From Trichomonas gallinae (taxonomy: Eukaryota): a stretch of DNA of 32,113 nucleotides. Location of the stretch: assembly GCA_008369845.1 (NCBI GenBank), contig MRSU01007941.1:1-32113 (forward strand), in the 5' to 3' direction. Made by a program: the position numbers and the translations under genes. A model generated the notes under the pieces. That model was not told where the DNA came from and searched no databases. It saw only the letters and a program-made list of their open reading frames with translations. The first letter of the stretch is position 1; every line of letters starts with the position of its first letter. Shown here in pieces: positions 9,583-18,731 of the stretch.

Positions 9583-10305
9583 ATGTTTGGTGATGAAGGA
9601 GATTCGTTCAATCAGGATACAAATCCAATCGATTTGGCCGTTTATCCCTTCACAGTCTTCGTCACTAACTACCCTACAGACATAAATCCTAATTCTGTGA
9701 TAAATTTCATTCAATCAAATGTTCAAAATTCGCTGCATAAGAAATTGGAGATATACATGAAGACGCTTTGGGCAGATGGAATATCATTCTCCCTTCCAAA
9801 TCAAATACAAGCTGCAGCAGTCTTAAATTTAATGGGTTCTCGTTTTCATAACCAACATTTATGGGTGATTCGTTTTCCAGGCGATCTAAAAAATGATGCA
9901 CCTATATTTTCACGTGTTTTCCAAAAGAATTATCATGATGGAATAATGGATTTATCAAATTTATTCGATAAACTTACTGCTGAAGCGCCAAATGGATTTA
10001 CATTCAATATAAATATACAAGAACACGTTGAATATCTATTTTACAGACTTGGTCAAGAAGCAAAAGAAAATAACGTTATTATCAAATCATTACGTTTAAG
10101 ATACAACTATATTACGATGCTAGACCAGTTAGATCGTCTCTTTTGGTTCCTTCCAGGCCTGCTCGAGCTTGATTTAACAGGAAACACTTTGATGTACGGA
10201 CCTATGAGCAGAGCATTTCCAAATGTACAAATCAAATGTTCTGTACCAGGAACATTCGATCCGAATAAGAAGAAAAAGAGCTGGAATGCCAAAGATTCTT
10301 GGTGA
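9583..10305 (+). CDS. Short NXF1/Mex67-like protein (RRM-like + LRR only)
   Basis: Likely start MFGDEG at 9583. RRM-like VFVTNYP...ISFSLPNQIQAAAVLNL, then GIMDLSNL and the LRRs IKSLRLRYNYITMLDQLDRLFWFLPGLLELDLTGNTL, resembling NXF1 [37 protein letters not shown]. About 240 aa. Confidence 0.6.
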   Translation: MFGDEGDSFNQDTNPIDLAVYPFTVFVTNYPTDINPNSVINFIQSNVQNSLHKKLEIYMKTLWADGISFSLPNQIQAAAVLNLMGSRFHNQHLWVIRFPGDLKNDAPIFSRVFQKNYHDGIMDLSNLFDKLTAEAPNGFTFNINIQEHVEYLFYRLGQEAKENNVIIKSLRLRYNYITMLDQLDRLFWFLPGLLELDLTGNTLMYGPMSRAFPNVQIKCSVPGTFDPNKKKKSWNAKDSW

Positions 10306-10548
10306 AAATTTCAATTTATTTTTTCAAGCAAAACCATGTCACTATACATCGTAACTCTACGAATAATGAGATTCTACGAACTAATTTTTGAACAAATTCA
10401 ATTCAAAAATCATTTTTGATATTTTTCATTCGATTGTTTGGATTATCTAATAGCTATGATCAGATATTAAATAATACTGTTTGTTTTTCAAAAGTCTATC
10501 AATAATATTTATTATTTACAAACAAAAATTAAAAATAAATTAATTTGC

Positions 10549-11739
10549 TTATCCGAAGTTGTAAGTAACGACTTCATCTTCAGACTTACAGCATCCATCG
10601 CAAGAGCAGTTGACTTTTGTGCAGCAAAACCAAATCGCTCCAAATAATGCTGCAATAAAGATAAGACAAGCAAATACGATTAAAACAATGTATCCTGCCT
10701 TAAGACCAGTGCTTCCAGAAGTGCTGTCAGCTGTTCCTCCTCCTGATGAAGATGAAGTTGGAGATGGAGTTCTTTCAGGTCTTGCTGGTCTGTTGTAATT
10801 GAGCTGCACACCACTGACTTTAGGATTGAAGTTTGAATAAGCACTCGGCGCGTAAATTCCATTATTAATTAATCTGCAATCATCTGGAAGGATAAAGCAA
10901 TTTGTTGTGTAAAATCCGACATTTGTGAACTCAGCGACTGTTGTTAGAGTGCCAATTATTCCATATCCCGATGATGGAGTAATATCTGCATCTTCGATCG
11001 TGATATTCTCAACATTGAAGTATAAATTAGTTGCCATTGTGCTGTGATTGATAATAACATAATATCCTGGATAGAAGGCGACGTCATTCTCTGTAAAATT
11101 AAAAGATCCACAATTTTTCGAGATATAGAAATATTCAGCGATAAACGACCTTCCTTCTAAGTCTAAGCATGTGCCTTGCGTAGACGTGCATCCCTCGAAT
11201 TGTGTCATGTAAAAAACAATGTTTTTCGTTCTGGACCAAATTGCGCCGCCAGACATTGAAGATTTGCAATTATAGAAGACTGTGTCGACTAGAACTAAGT
11301 CATTTGTAGCATTCTGGAAGATTGCTCCGCCATTTGATGGAGACTGGCAGTTATAAAATCCACAATTTTGGCATTGAATGTGTCCTTCTGTTGAAATTGA
11401 TGATAAAACAGTATCATTCCATGTGCAGTTACGAATGTATGTGCAAATATGGTATAAAATTAAAGAGTTCTCGGAATGGAATTCAGTATCGTCAATGTGT
11501 TCACATCTTTTATCATCGATTGGATTTATTTCAATAACTGCCGAAAGGAAGTATTTCATGACTGTTTTTGAGAGCGTAATTTTAGAATCTTCGAATGATC
11601 GAGAAAAACTTTTGAAAGAATGCGAAAACATTGAGTTGCGAACGAGTAAATTGCTTGGCTGCATCGTTCTGGGGAAGTTCACTAATGGAGAATTGCTACT
11701 AATTCTGTTTAGTTGCAAAGAAAGAATCGTTTTATTCAT
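10549..11739 (-). CDS. Pmp-like (GGAI/FxNC beta-helix) single-pass surface protein
   Basis: FYNC..NGGAIF and FYNC..SGGAIW repeats, a Pro/Ser/Thr/Gly stalk (RTPSPTSSSSGGG), a TM segment YIVLIVFACLIFIAALFGAIWF, and a Cys-rich short tail. Confidence 0.75.
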   Translation of the reverse strand: MNKTILSLQLNRISSNSPLVNFPRTMQPSNLLVRNSMFSHSFKSFSRSFEDSKITLSKTVMKYFLSAVIEINPIDDKRCEHIDDTEFHSENSLILYHICTYIRNCTWNDTVLSSISTEGHIQCQNCGFYNCQSPSNGGAIFQNATNDLVLVDTVFYNCKSSMSGGAIWSRTKNIVFYMTQFEGCTSTQGTCLDLEGRSFIAEYFYISKNCGSFNFTENDVAFYPGYYVIINHSTMATNLYFNVENITIEDADITPSSGYGIIGTLTTVAEFTNVGFYTTNCFILPDDCRLINNGIYAPSAYSNFNPKVSGVQLNYNRPARPERTPSPTSSSSGGGTADSTSGSTGLKAGYIVLIVFACLIFIAALFGAIWFCCTKVNCSCDGCCKSEDEVVTYNFG

Positions 11740-12393
11740 TATGGAAAAAAATTTATAAACGAGCTTTTATTAAGGTTAATTTTATAATTTACACGACAAA
11801 ATTTTATTTTACAAATCAAATAATCATTATATAATTTGGGCAATCTAAAATATATCATATCCACAGTCAATTCTTCATCGCATCAAACATATTACTTAAA
11901 TGAAACAGTTTGTATATGGAAAATTCCCTCATTAAAGTAGAATTATTTTCGATTTTCATATTAATATCTAAAACAAAACTTATAACTCCATGACACTAAT
12001 TTTGAATACAAACAAAAGCTATTCTCACAACAAGTTATATATGCTACCACTCGAATTTTTTGCAAAATGAAATTCAATTCCTAACACATAGATGATTGCA
12101 TGAGCTACTTATCATTGTTCAATTTTAATACTATTCATCCGTTAAACACTTTGAAAATCGTTTGATATAGTATAAATCAAAATTAATTTTCATTTTACTT
12201 TATAATCATGGCTAGATTTGCATTACCTCCTTTACTACATTGTATTAAACATCAATAATATTATACAAAATAATTTGAAATTTTCACTCAAAATTTAGTT
12301 CGCAATGATGTATTATAACCGGTCAAATGCATTAAATCTTGTCAAACCATATTAAATTAATAATATACTAAAGGTTATACGTAGATCTTTAGT

Positions 12394-14319
12394 TTAGATA
12401 TTCGACTGATAGTCACCAGAAATGAGCATCTCACCTTTGTCTTTGCAGATTTTTCCTTTCTTATACATCATGAGTAATGCCAAACCGAGAATGATTACAC
12501 AGATGAGGAAGATTGTGACTGTCGTGAAAATTGCCCAGTCAGGCAATCTAGAGTATTCACCAGTTGGATATCCCAGCCAGTAGTATTCTCCGTGCTTAGT
12601 TGTCGCATTCTTCGTGTAGCCCTTCCAGTCCTCTTTGTTTGGCAATATGATCTTGATCTGAGTAGCCACGTCTCTCAAGATTGTTGATGGAACAGAAGCC
12701 GGTGGCTCGGAAGGAAGATAAAGATTCTTGAGATTTGGAGCAAATCCGAATATCGAATATCCAGCACCGTAGATTTGTCTTAATGATGTTAATTTTACTG
12801 TCTTCAAGCTTGTGCAGTTGAAGAAGAAGCCATCACCGAGCATTGTCACTGTTTTTTCGAGCGAAATTTCTTCTAGCGAAGAACACCCATAGAAAGCGTG
12901 GCAATAGACAACATTCACTGATGAACAGTTAATTAAAGTCAGACTCGTGCAGTTAGCGAAGGCATAGTGTGGAATTGTCTGTATTTTTGGTGCAACGAAT
13001 GATTTGAGACGTGAGCAATTCAAAAATTGATGTCCGCGACCCATAACATTCCACTGCAAATAAATAAGTGAATCAAGCTTAACTGTTTCAAGATTTGTGT
13101 GCGCAAAAGCGAATGGATTGATCTGTTTGAGCATAGGAAGATTTATGGACTTCATAGCTGTGTTGTAAGCGAAAGCATAGTCTTCAACAAGCTCTACTTT
13201 AGGTGTTTCCAATTCTGACAATATGTCGCAGAACATGAATGTTTTGTTTCTTATTTGTTCTATTTTAGGGGCAGTAAATTTTTTCAAGTTCCTGCACTCG
13301 AAGAAGTAGTTTGCGTTCTTATTTTCGTCCTGCATCTGGTTAATGAGCTCTGGGAATTCAACTTCAGATATATTCGTTTTCATGAAGCAGAATGGATAAA
13401 TAGTTTTCACTTCAGGAAGGGAAAGCTTTGTTAAGCTCACACAGTTCGAGAAAGCGTATTCATGGACAGTGGACGCATGCTGGAAGCTTGCTGTGACCAA
13501 GTGGGAGCAGTATGCGAATGATTCCATTGGAATTACATCGATTAAATCAAGCTGGACATCATTGAGATTTCTGCACTCTTTAAATGAAGCTTTTTGGATC
13601 TTTACGAGTTTTGGGAAGTTGATATTGGACATGCATGTGCAGTATCCGAAAGCGTCATGTTCTATTGTGCTTACTTTTGGAGCATCAACTTCAATTAAAG
13701 ATTCGCATTCGTAAAACATGGAATCGCTAACACAGGTTATCATAGGAGCAGAGAACTTCTTAAGGTTGATGCAGGACATGAAATGTCCACCTTCTCCATT
13801 AGCGTCAACCCCGAAATTTAACAAATTTGGAAGTTCAACGTCAATGAGTCCTGTGAATTGGAATGCGTGATGGCCGAGCGTTTCTAACTTTGGTAATGTG
13901 ATTTTTGTGAGTTTTTCACAATCATAGAAAGCTCGTTCGTCAATCGTAGAACAGGCATTGAAAACTACTTCTTTTAATGATTGGCAGCCCTCAAATGCAG
14001 ATACACGAATAGATTGAACTCCATCCATTGTGATCATTTCAAGTTTTGGATGATTTTGGAATTGGTTTGCAGAAATATCACCATTGTAGCTTGCAGATGG
14101 TACATTCAGTGTTGTAAGGGATGTGAAATCCTTTGGATGAAATTGTGACATATCAAACTCTCCTTCAACGATTTTTAGAGTGTGAACATCTATTTCTTTA
14201 ATGTTGTTCTCTTTGAGAATCGTTTGTAAGTCATCACCTGTATATGACTTATCGTTTATTTCAACTTGTAAAGCGAAACTCAACGAAATCAGAAATGAAA
14301 ACATTGTTGTAGTTGACAT
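12394..14319 (-). CDS. BspA-like leucine-rich repeat (TpLRR/LRR_5) surface protein
   Basis: Many repeats of about 22-23 aa (xIxxxAFxxCxxLxxxxLP). Signal-like MFSFLISLSFA (start at 14319 or 14304). C-terminal TM WAIFTTVTIFLICVIILGLALLMM and a short cytosolic tail. Confidence 0.92.
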   Translation of the reverse strand: MSTTTMFSFLISLSFALQVEINDKSYTGDDLQTILKENNIKEIDVHTLKIVEGEFDMSQFHPKDFTSLTTLNVPSASYNGDISANQFQNHPKLEMITMDGVQSIRVSAFEGCQSLKEVVFNACSTIDERAFYDCEKLTKITLPKLETLGHHAFQFTGLIDVELPNLLNFGVDANGEGGHFMSCINLKKFSAPMITCVSDSMFYECESLIEVDAPKVSTIEHDAFGYCTCMSNINFPKLVKIQKASFKECRNLNDVQLDLIDVIPMESFAYCSHLVTASFQHASTVHEYAFSNCVSLTKLSLPEVKTIYPFCFMKTNISEVEFPELINQMQDENKNANYFFECRNLKKFTAPKIEQIRNKTFMFCDILSELETPKVELVEDYAFAYNTAMKSINLPMLKQINPFAFAHTNLETVKLDSLIYLQWNVMGRGHQFLNCSRLKSFVAPKIQTIPHYAFANCTSLTLINCSSVNVVYCHAFYGCSSLEEISLEKTVTMLGDGFFFNCTSLKTVKLTSLRQIYGAGYSIFGFAPNLKNLYLPSEPPASVPSTILRDVATQIKIILPNKEDWKGYTKNATTKHGEYYWLGYPTGEYSRLPDWAIFTTVTIFLICVIILGLALLMMYKKGKICKDKGEMLISGDYQSNI

Positions 14320-14361
14320 GGCACTTTTCGCAACGATGAAAATTATTATCACAGTTCAAAC

Positions 14362-14422
14362 TTTACATGTCATAAAATTTCACAACTTTACATGTTATAA
14401 TTTACCATAACTTTACATGTCA
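14362..14422 (-). repeat. Three copies of the TGACATGTAAA motif variant, 25-bp period, upstream of BspA
   Basis: + strand TTTACATGTCA at 14362, TTTACATGTTA at 14387 and TTTACATGTCA at 14412. Confidence 0.8.
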
Positions 14423-14499
14423 AAAAAGATTTTCTAATCATTCCTATATAAAAAGTTCATTCGAGTAATTTCTGTTTATTCTGGTGTAGAATTAATGAT

Positions 14500-14646
14500 G
14501 ACATTTATTCCAGAGACTGTGAGAAGAAGTTTGACAGCTTCATGACGACCATTTCTTGAAGCCCAAATCAGAGCTGTATTGCTGTCATTGTCTTTTGCGT
14601 TGCCATCTATTCCAGGAACTGTTAGAAGGAGTTTGATAACTTCAAT
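14500..14646 (-). pseudogene. Ankyrin-repeat gene fragment
   Basis: Translates as IEVIKLLLTVPGIDGNAKDNDSNTALIWASRNGRHEAVKLLLTVSGINV (about 1.5 ankyrin repeats) with no start codon. Closely similar to the fragment at 24010-24216. Confidence 0.85.
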
Positions 14647-14863
14647 CTTGATATTTTAGAGTTGTATCTTGAGGAGGCCAGAATTTCCATAAAATTCAAG
14701 TCATTTACCAAAAATATCACTTTACTTGCCAAAAATACAATCATTCATTAAACAAGGGAATAGATACTTATCAGGAATGAATTATTTTAGATATAATATG
14801 ATCACAAGATATTGTATTATTTTTTATAAATAATATGTTTTTTTATATAAATACAAACAAAAT

Positions 14864-15745
14864 TTACAAAAATTCGCCAAACCATGACTGTTTTTTCATA
14901 TCAGACAAAAACTTGTTAGTCTGCTCTATTGACTGTTTAAGCTTTTTACGCTCTTGAATGTTCCTCTTCAATGCTGGGTCTTTTCTGACTCTTTTTGCTG
15001 AAATTGGCGTGTTTCTCTGTATTGGCTTTGGAGGGGAGACTTTTAACATAGGAGATTTGTATGGCTGTCTCACAGGCGATTGAATTGGTATCGAACTCTC
15101 CGAAAAATCAGAACTTCCAATACTTGGAATATTATTCTCGAATTTTTGGAGAATTTGGTCAATTAACTTATTAATATCCGCAGACTCACGGAATACATCG
15201 CAATCATATATGCTATCATATAATATCTGTGCTAGAGCTTGAGGTTCAAGTAATTCCATTGCAGGTTCGTTTCTCGTCTGTGCATCCTTCATATTCTCTT
15301 TTGATATACGTAGTTCTTCCTTTTGCTGCTCTTGTAATGCGATTATCTCTTTTTTAAGTTTATATTCTTCTTCAGATAATTTTTTTTCGAAGTGTGGCTC
15401 CAAATTATCAGCGAAGCAGCCTTTGTTGAAGTATTTACATGTTATATCCCACAAGTAATCACGGTATTTCAAGTCATTTGAGCTCGCTAAAGCTTGTTCT
15501 TTTGCTAAGTTCTGTTGCTTAAGTGCAAAAAGCTTTTGAGTATGCATAGACTTTATTTCATTGATTTCTCGACTCGTTAGTTGCTTATTTGATGATGATT
15601 GACGCTTCTGTTTGTCCGAATCTTCATCAACTTCCTCTTCCTCGAAATTTTCGCTCGACTCATTGCTGGCGACATTCGTGTCGTTCTCAAAGTCACGGAC
15701 GGAACCAAGACTTGTGTCAAATATTTCATCTAAGTCTTGATTCAT
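14864..15745 (-). CDS. Hypothetical protein (acidic N-terminus, coiled coils, SP/TP-rich basic C-terminus)
   Basis: 293-aa ATG-initiated ORF with coding-like composition. No family recognised. Confidence 0.8.
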   Translation of the reverse strand: MNQDLDEIFDTSLGSVRDFENDTNVASNESSENFEEEEVDEDSDKQKRQSSSNKQLTSREINEIKSMHTQKLFALKQQNLAKEQALASSNDLKYRDYLWDITCKYFNKGCFADNLEPHFEKKLSEEEYKLKKEIIALQEQQKEELRISKENMKDAQTRNEPAMELLEPQALAQILYDSIYDCDVFRESADINKLIDQILQKFENNIPSIGSSDFSESSIPIQSPVRQPYKSPMLKVSPPKPIQRNTPISAKRVRKDPALKRNIQERKKLKQSIEQTNKFLSDMKKQSWFGEFL

Positions 15746-15780
15746 CGAAAATAGAAAAAAATAAACGTCATTTCTAAAAA
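15746..15780. promoter_or_regulatory. 35-bp divergent intergenic region with Inr TCATTT (15768-15773)
   Basis: Head-to-head ATGs at 15745 (-) and 15781 (+). The Inr ends 7 nt before the + strand ATG. Confidence 0.6.
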
Positions 15781-18186
15781 ATGCATCTAAGAACTTTTTG
15801 CGATGTTTTAGAGTCGAAGAGGGAGAACTCTGCGGCTTTCGACAAGGCGTACTTGGACATTATATCGACATTTTCGGTTGGCACGTTCGAGTTGTCGACA
15901 ATTGCAAATGATTCATCTTTAGAAGCGTTTATTCATCTCATCGTTGAACCATTTTCGAGAATTAATCCAGAAAGTCAAGAATCTATTACGTATACTGAAT
16001 CATTCGCTCATTTTTTACAAATTTTATCAATATCAGCGCCAATCATTCATCAGCTTCTTTCAAATTACTTCCCATTCAGCAAAGTTATCGAAACAGTCAT
16101 AACAAACATCGAACAAAACACACAAAAAATTTTATTGGAATTAACGGCTTTTATTTCGGACGGCCAGCTAAAACAACCGGACAATGAGCAATATGCTGAC
16201 TTGTTTAGGAATTTGGTGCAACTTTTATCAGTAAAATCATGCATGTCATTTGCATTATGCACAATTTCAAATTTACTTCGTGCTAGGCCTTTGTTTCTTA
16301 CGTTTGTCAGAACATCTCCTGAATTAAAAGCATTTAGAGACATTGCCATGTCATCATTATCATCAGATGACCATCTTTTAGTTTTATCTTCGTTATCTTC
16401 TCTTCTAAGCATTTTTCCACGAAGCATTGAGGACAAAACAGTTAAAGCTGCTGCTCTACATGCAATATCAGTATCAGGAGACAATATTCTCTTGCTTAAA
16501 TGCGCTGTCGCATTATTAACTGATGTTTCTGTGGTTTCTATTATAAATGAAGAGGAAATTAATCAAATAGTAGAGGCTGCCATCTCATCTACTGCAATGA
16601 AATCGATGATGCTCTTTAATTGCGTGAATAGAATAATAATTAATCGCGATTCTGCATTTTTACTCAAATTCGAAGAAGTTAATATAGATAATGTTGTCAA
16701 TGCTCTTGTTTCCACACCATATGGATTCATTAGCCACGAAATTCTTGTAATGCTTGAACAATTATTTTTCCAGAACGAAGCATTATTCGACAGCCTTAAT
16801 AACATGGATTCCCACATAACCAAGGCCCTGAGGATTCTGTCTTCGCCACCAAACACGCTCGAAAACGATCTGTTAGAAAGTGCTTCAATGATTTTGAAAT
16901 TTTTTGCTTCATCCAAGAAATGTCTCGAGTCGATAAAAACAGTTTTAGAGAAATTCGAGGAATCCATTTTCGTTGCATTTCAGCGCCAAATCGAGTCTAG
17001 TGAGCCCTTCATATCATTGACACTCTTCTTGTTCATCAGCCGCTGCTCAGATTTGATTGATTCGTGGAAGAAAAGATTGAGATTGGTAATCATTGATTCC
17101 CAGTTTTCCGCTTTGCTTGCTCACGTTGTGGAGAACGTAACAGACAGAAAAGCCCTCCTCGATGCAATTACGGCTCTGTCGCATATATCAAAGCTGGAAA
17201 TAGGCGACAGGACAGCGGATTCATCTGTTTTGTTCGATTCGATTATATCCGGATTCATGACAATAAACTTGAAAACGAAAGAAGACAGGAAAAAGGTCGA
17301 AGAATCCGTTGACGGACGAGTTGAGGCTGCCAACAAGGCGTCAGAGAGCTTAAAGGCTAGGATAGAATGCGACGAATTAGAGATACAGTCGCTTTATTCT
17401 AAAACAGACAATTTACAGAGCGAAAATGAAGAAATGTCCGAAAAGATTAAACAGCTTGAAGAAAGGATAAAAGAATTAGAAAGCGAAAACTCGGAGCTTA
17501 ATTCGTCGAACGAGAGCAGGCAGAAGACAATAGACGACCAGGCAAAGAAGATCAATGACATGAATTCGGTGATTCTCGAATTAAAAGCGCAGAATAATCA
17601 GCAAAAAGTTAAAATCGACGAGTTGACAAAAATTGTTGAGGAACAAAAACAACAAATTGCCGGCCACTTGAAGACTGAGAGAGAAAATGCTGCATACGAA
17701 GTCAAAGTTGGGGAGCTGCAAGGAAAGATTGACATGCTAACAAAACAAAATAACGAATTAATTGTATCAAATGAAAGCCTGAAAAATAAGCTGAAAGATC
17801 TTAAAAACGAGTTCGCGACGAAAAGTGATGATTTTCACAACATTGACGTGGAGAGAGAAAAGGCCAGCATTGAGATCAACAATCTTAAGGTCGAGCTCAG
17901 ACAATCAGAAGATGCGAGAAGGCACATTCACGACAAATCGCGCTTGCTGAAAGAAAAGTTGCGTGAGACGATTAAAGTTCTCGAAGAGATGCATCAAACA
18001 CAAGTCGAGAATAGAAGAGAAATCAGCGACTTAGAAAGGAGGAATGCAGAGCTTATGGCTGCTTTAACAAACATGGAGGCGGACAAGAAGCAGTTTGAGC
18101 TCATTACTCAATTCGTTCACAGAATAACTGATGAATCGCCAATTCCACCGGCACAGTTGTTAACAATGCTGGATGAATCCAAATAG
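15781..18186 (+). CDS. ARM-repeat plus C-terminal coiled-coil protein, CIP2A (KIAA1524)-like
   Basis: 801 aa: about 500 aa of helical solenoid then about 290 aa of heptad coiled coil. CTISNLLR..FVRTSPELKAFRDIAMSSLSSDDHLLVLSSLSSLLSI...SGDNILLLKCAVALLTDV aligns by eye with human CIP2A [45 protein letters not shown]...NGDGTLTRKYSVDLLMDL. The gene is secure; the orthology is inferred. Confidence 0.6.
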   Translation: MHLRTFCDVLESKRENSAAFDKAYLDIISTFSVGTFELSTIANDSSLEAFIHLIVEPFSRINPESQESITYTESFAHFLQILSISAPIIHQLLSNYFPFSKVIETVITNIEQNTQKILLELTAFISDGQLKQPDNEQYADLFRNLVQLLSVKSCMSFALCTISNLLRARPLFLTFVRTSPELKAFRDIAMSSLSSDDHLLVLSSLSSLLSIFPRSIEDKTVKAAALHAISVSGDNILLLKCAVALLTDVSVVSIINEEEINQIVEAAISSTAMKSMMLFNCVNRIIINRDSAFLLKFEEVNIDNVVNALVSTPYGFISHEILVMLEQLFFQNEALFDSLNNMDSHITKALRILSSPPNTLENDLLESASMILKFFASSKKCLESIKTVLEKFEESIFVAFQRQIESSEPFISLTLFLFISRCSDLIDSWKKRLRLVIIDSQFSALLAHVVENVTDRKALLDAITALSHISKLEIGDRTADSSVLFDSIISGFMTINLKTKEDRKKVEESVDGRVEAANKASESLKARIECDELEIQSLYSKTDNLQSENEEMSEKIKQLEERIKELESENSELNSSNESRQKTIDDQAKKINDMNSVILELKAQNNQQKVKIDELTKIVEEQKQQIAGHLKTERENAAYEVKVGELQGKIDMLTKQNNELIVSNESLKNKLKDLKNEFATKSDDFHNIDVEREKASIEINNLKVELRQSEDARRHIHDKSRLLKEKLRETIKVLEEMHQTQVENRREISDLERRNAELMAALTNMEADKKQFELITQFVHRITDESPIPPAQLLTMLDESK

Positions 18187-18731
18187 CTTAAAGTATGTTT
18201 GTTTATTATTGAAAATTTATTAATTTTTTTTTATTCGAATTATCAAACTGGAATCTATATCTCTACAATGTGCATCTAAGTTTTGTGAATATAACTCAAC
18301 TTCATATTTTATATAATTTCAAAATCAAAAAAATGTATTAAAGAAAACATAATTTGTTGTGTAAATTTAATTTACAATGTTTTACTGAACCTTTATAGAG
18401 TTGTGTATTTCGAAATATAAGCAAATGTATTTAATCAAATTAGATATATGAATTCAGAATAATGCAGTTATTGAAAATCCCATGTAATTCATCTATATAA
18501 GTTCTTATTCATGATTAAATAATGTTTTAGCTAAAATGATTTTAAATCTCAAATTATCTTTTTTTTGTAGCATTAATTTCTTTTGGTTTTGTATTATTCT
18601 ACTAGTTTAGGCTGTAAACTATATTACTATAATTATATGTGTTATAATAAACTATAGCAAAATAACTTTGCCTAATGATGATTCTTCCGACAAAGGTGAA
18701 AAAAAAAATTCTGACACGTAAAGTTAACCTT

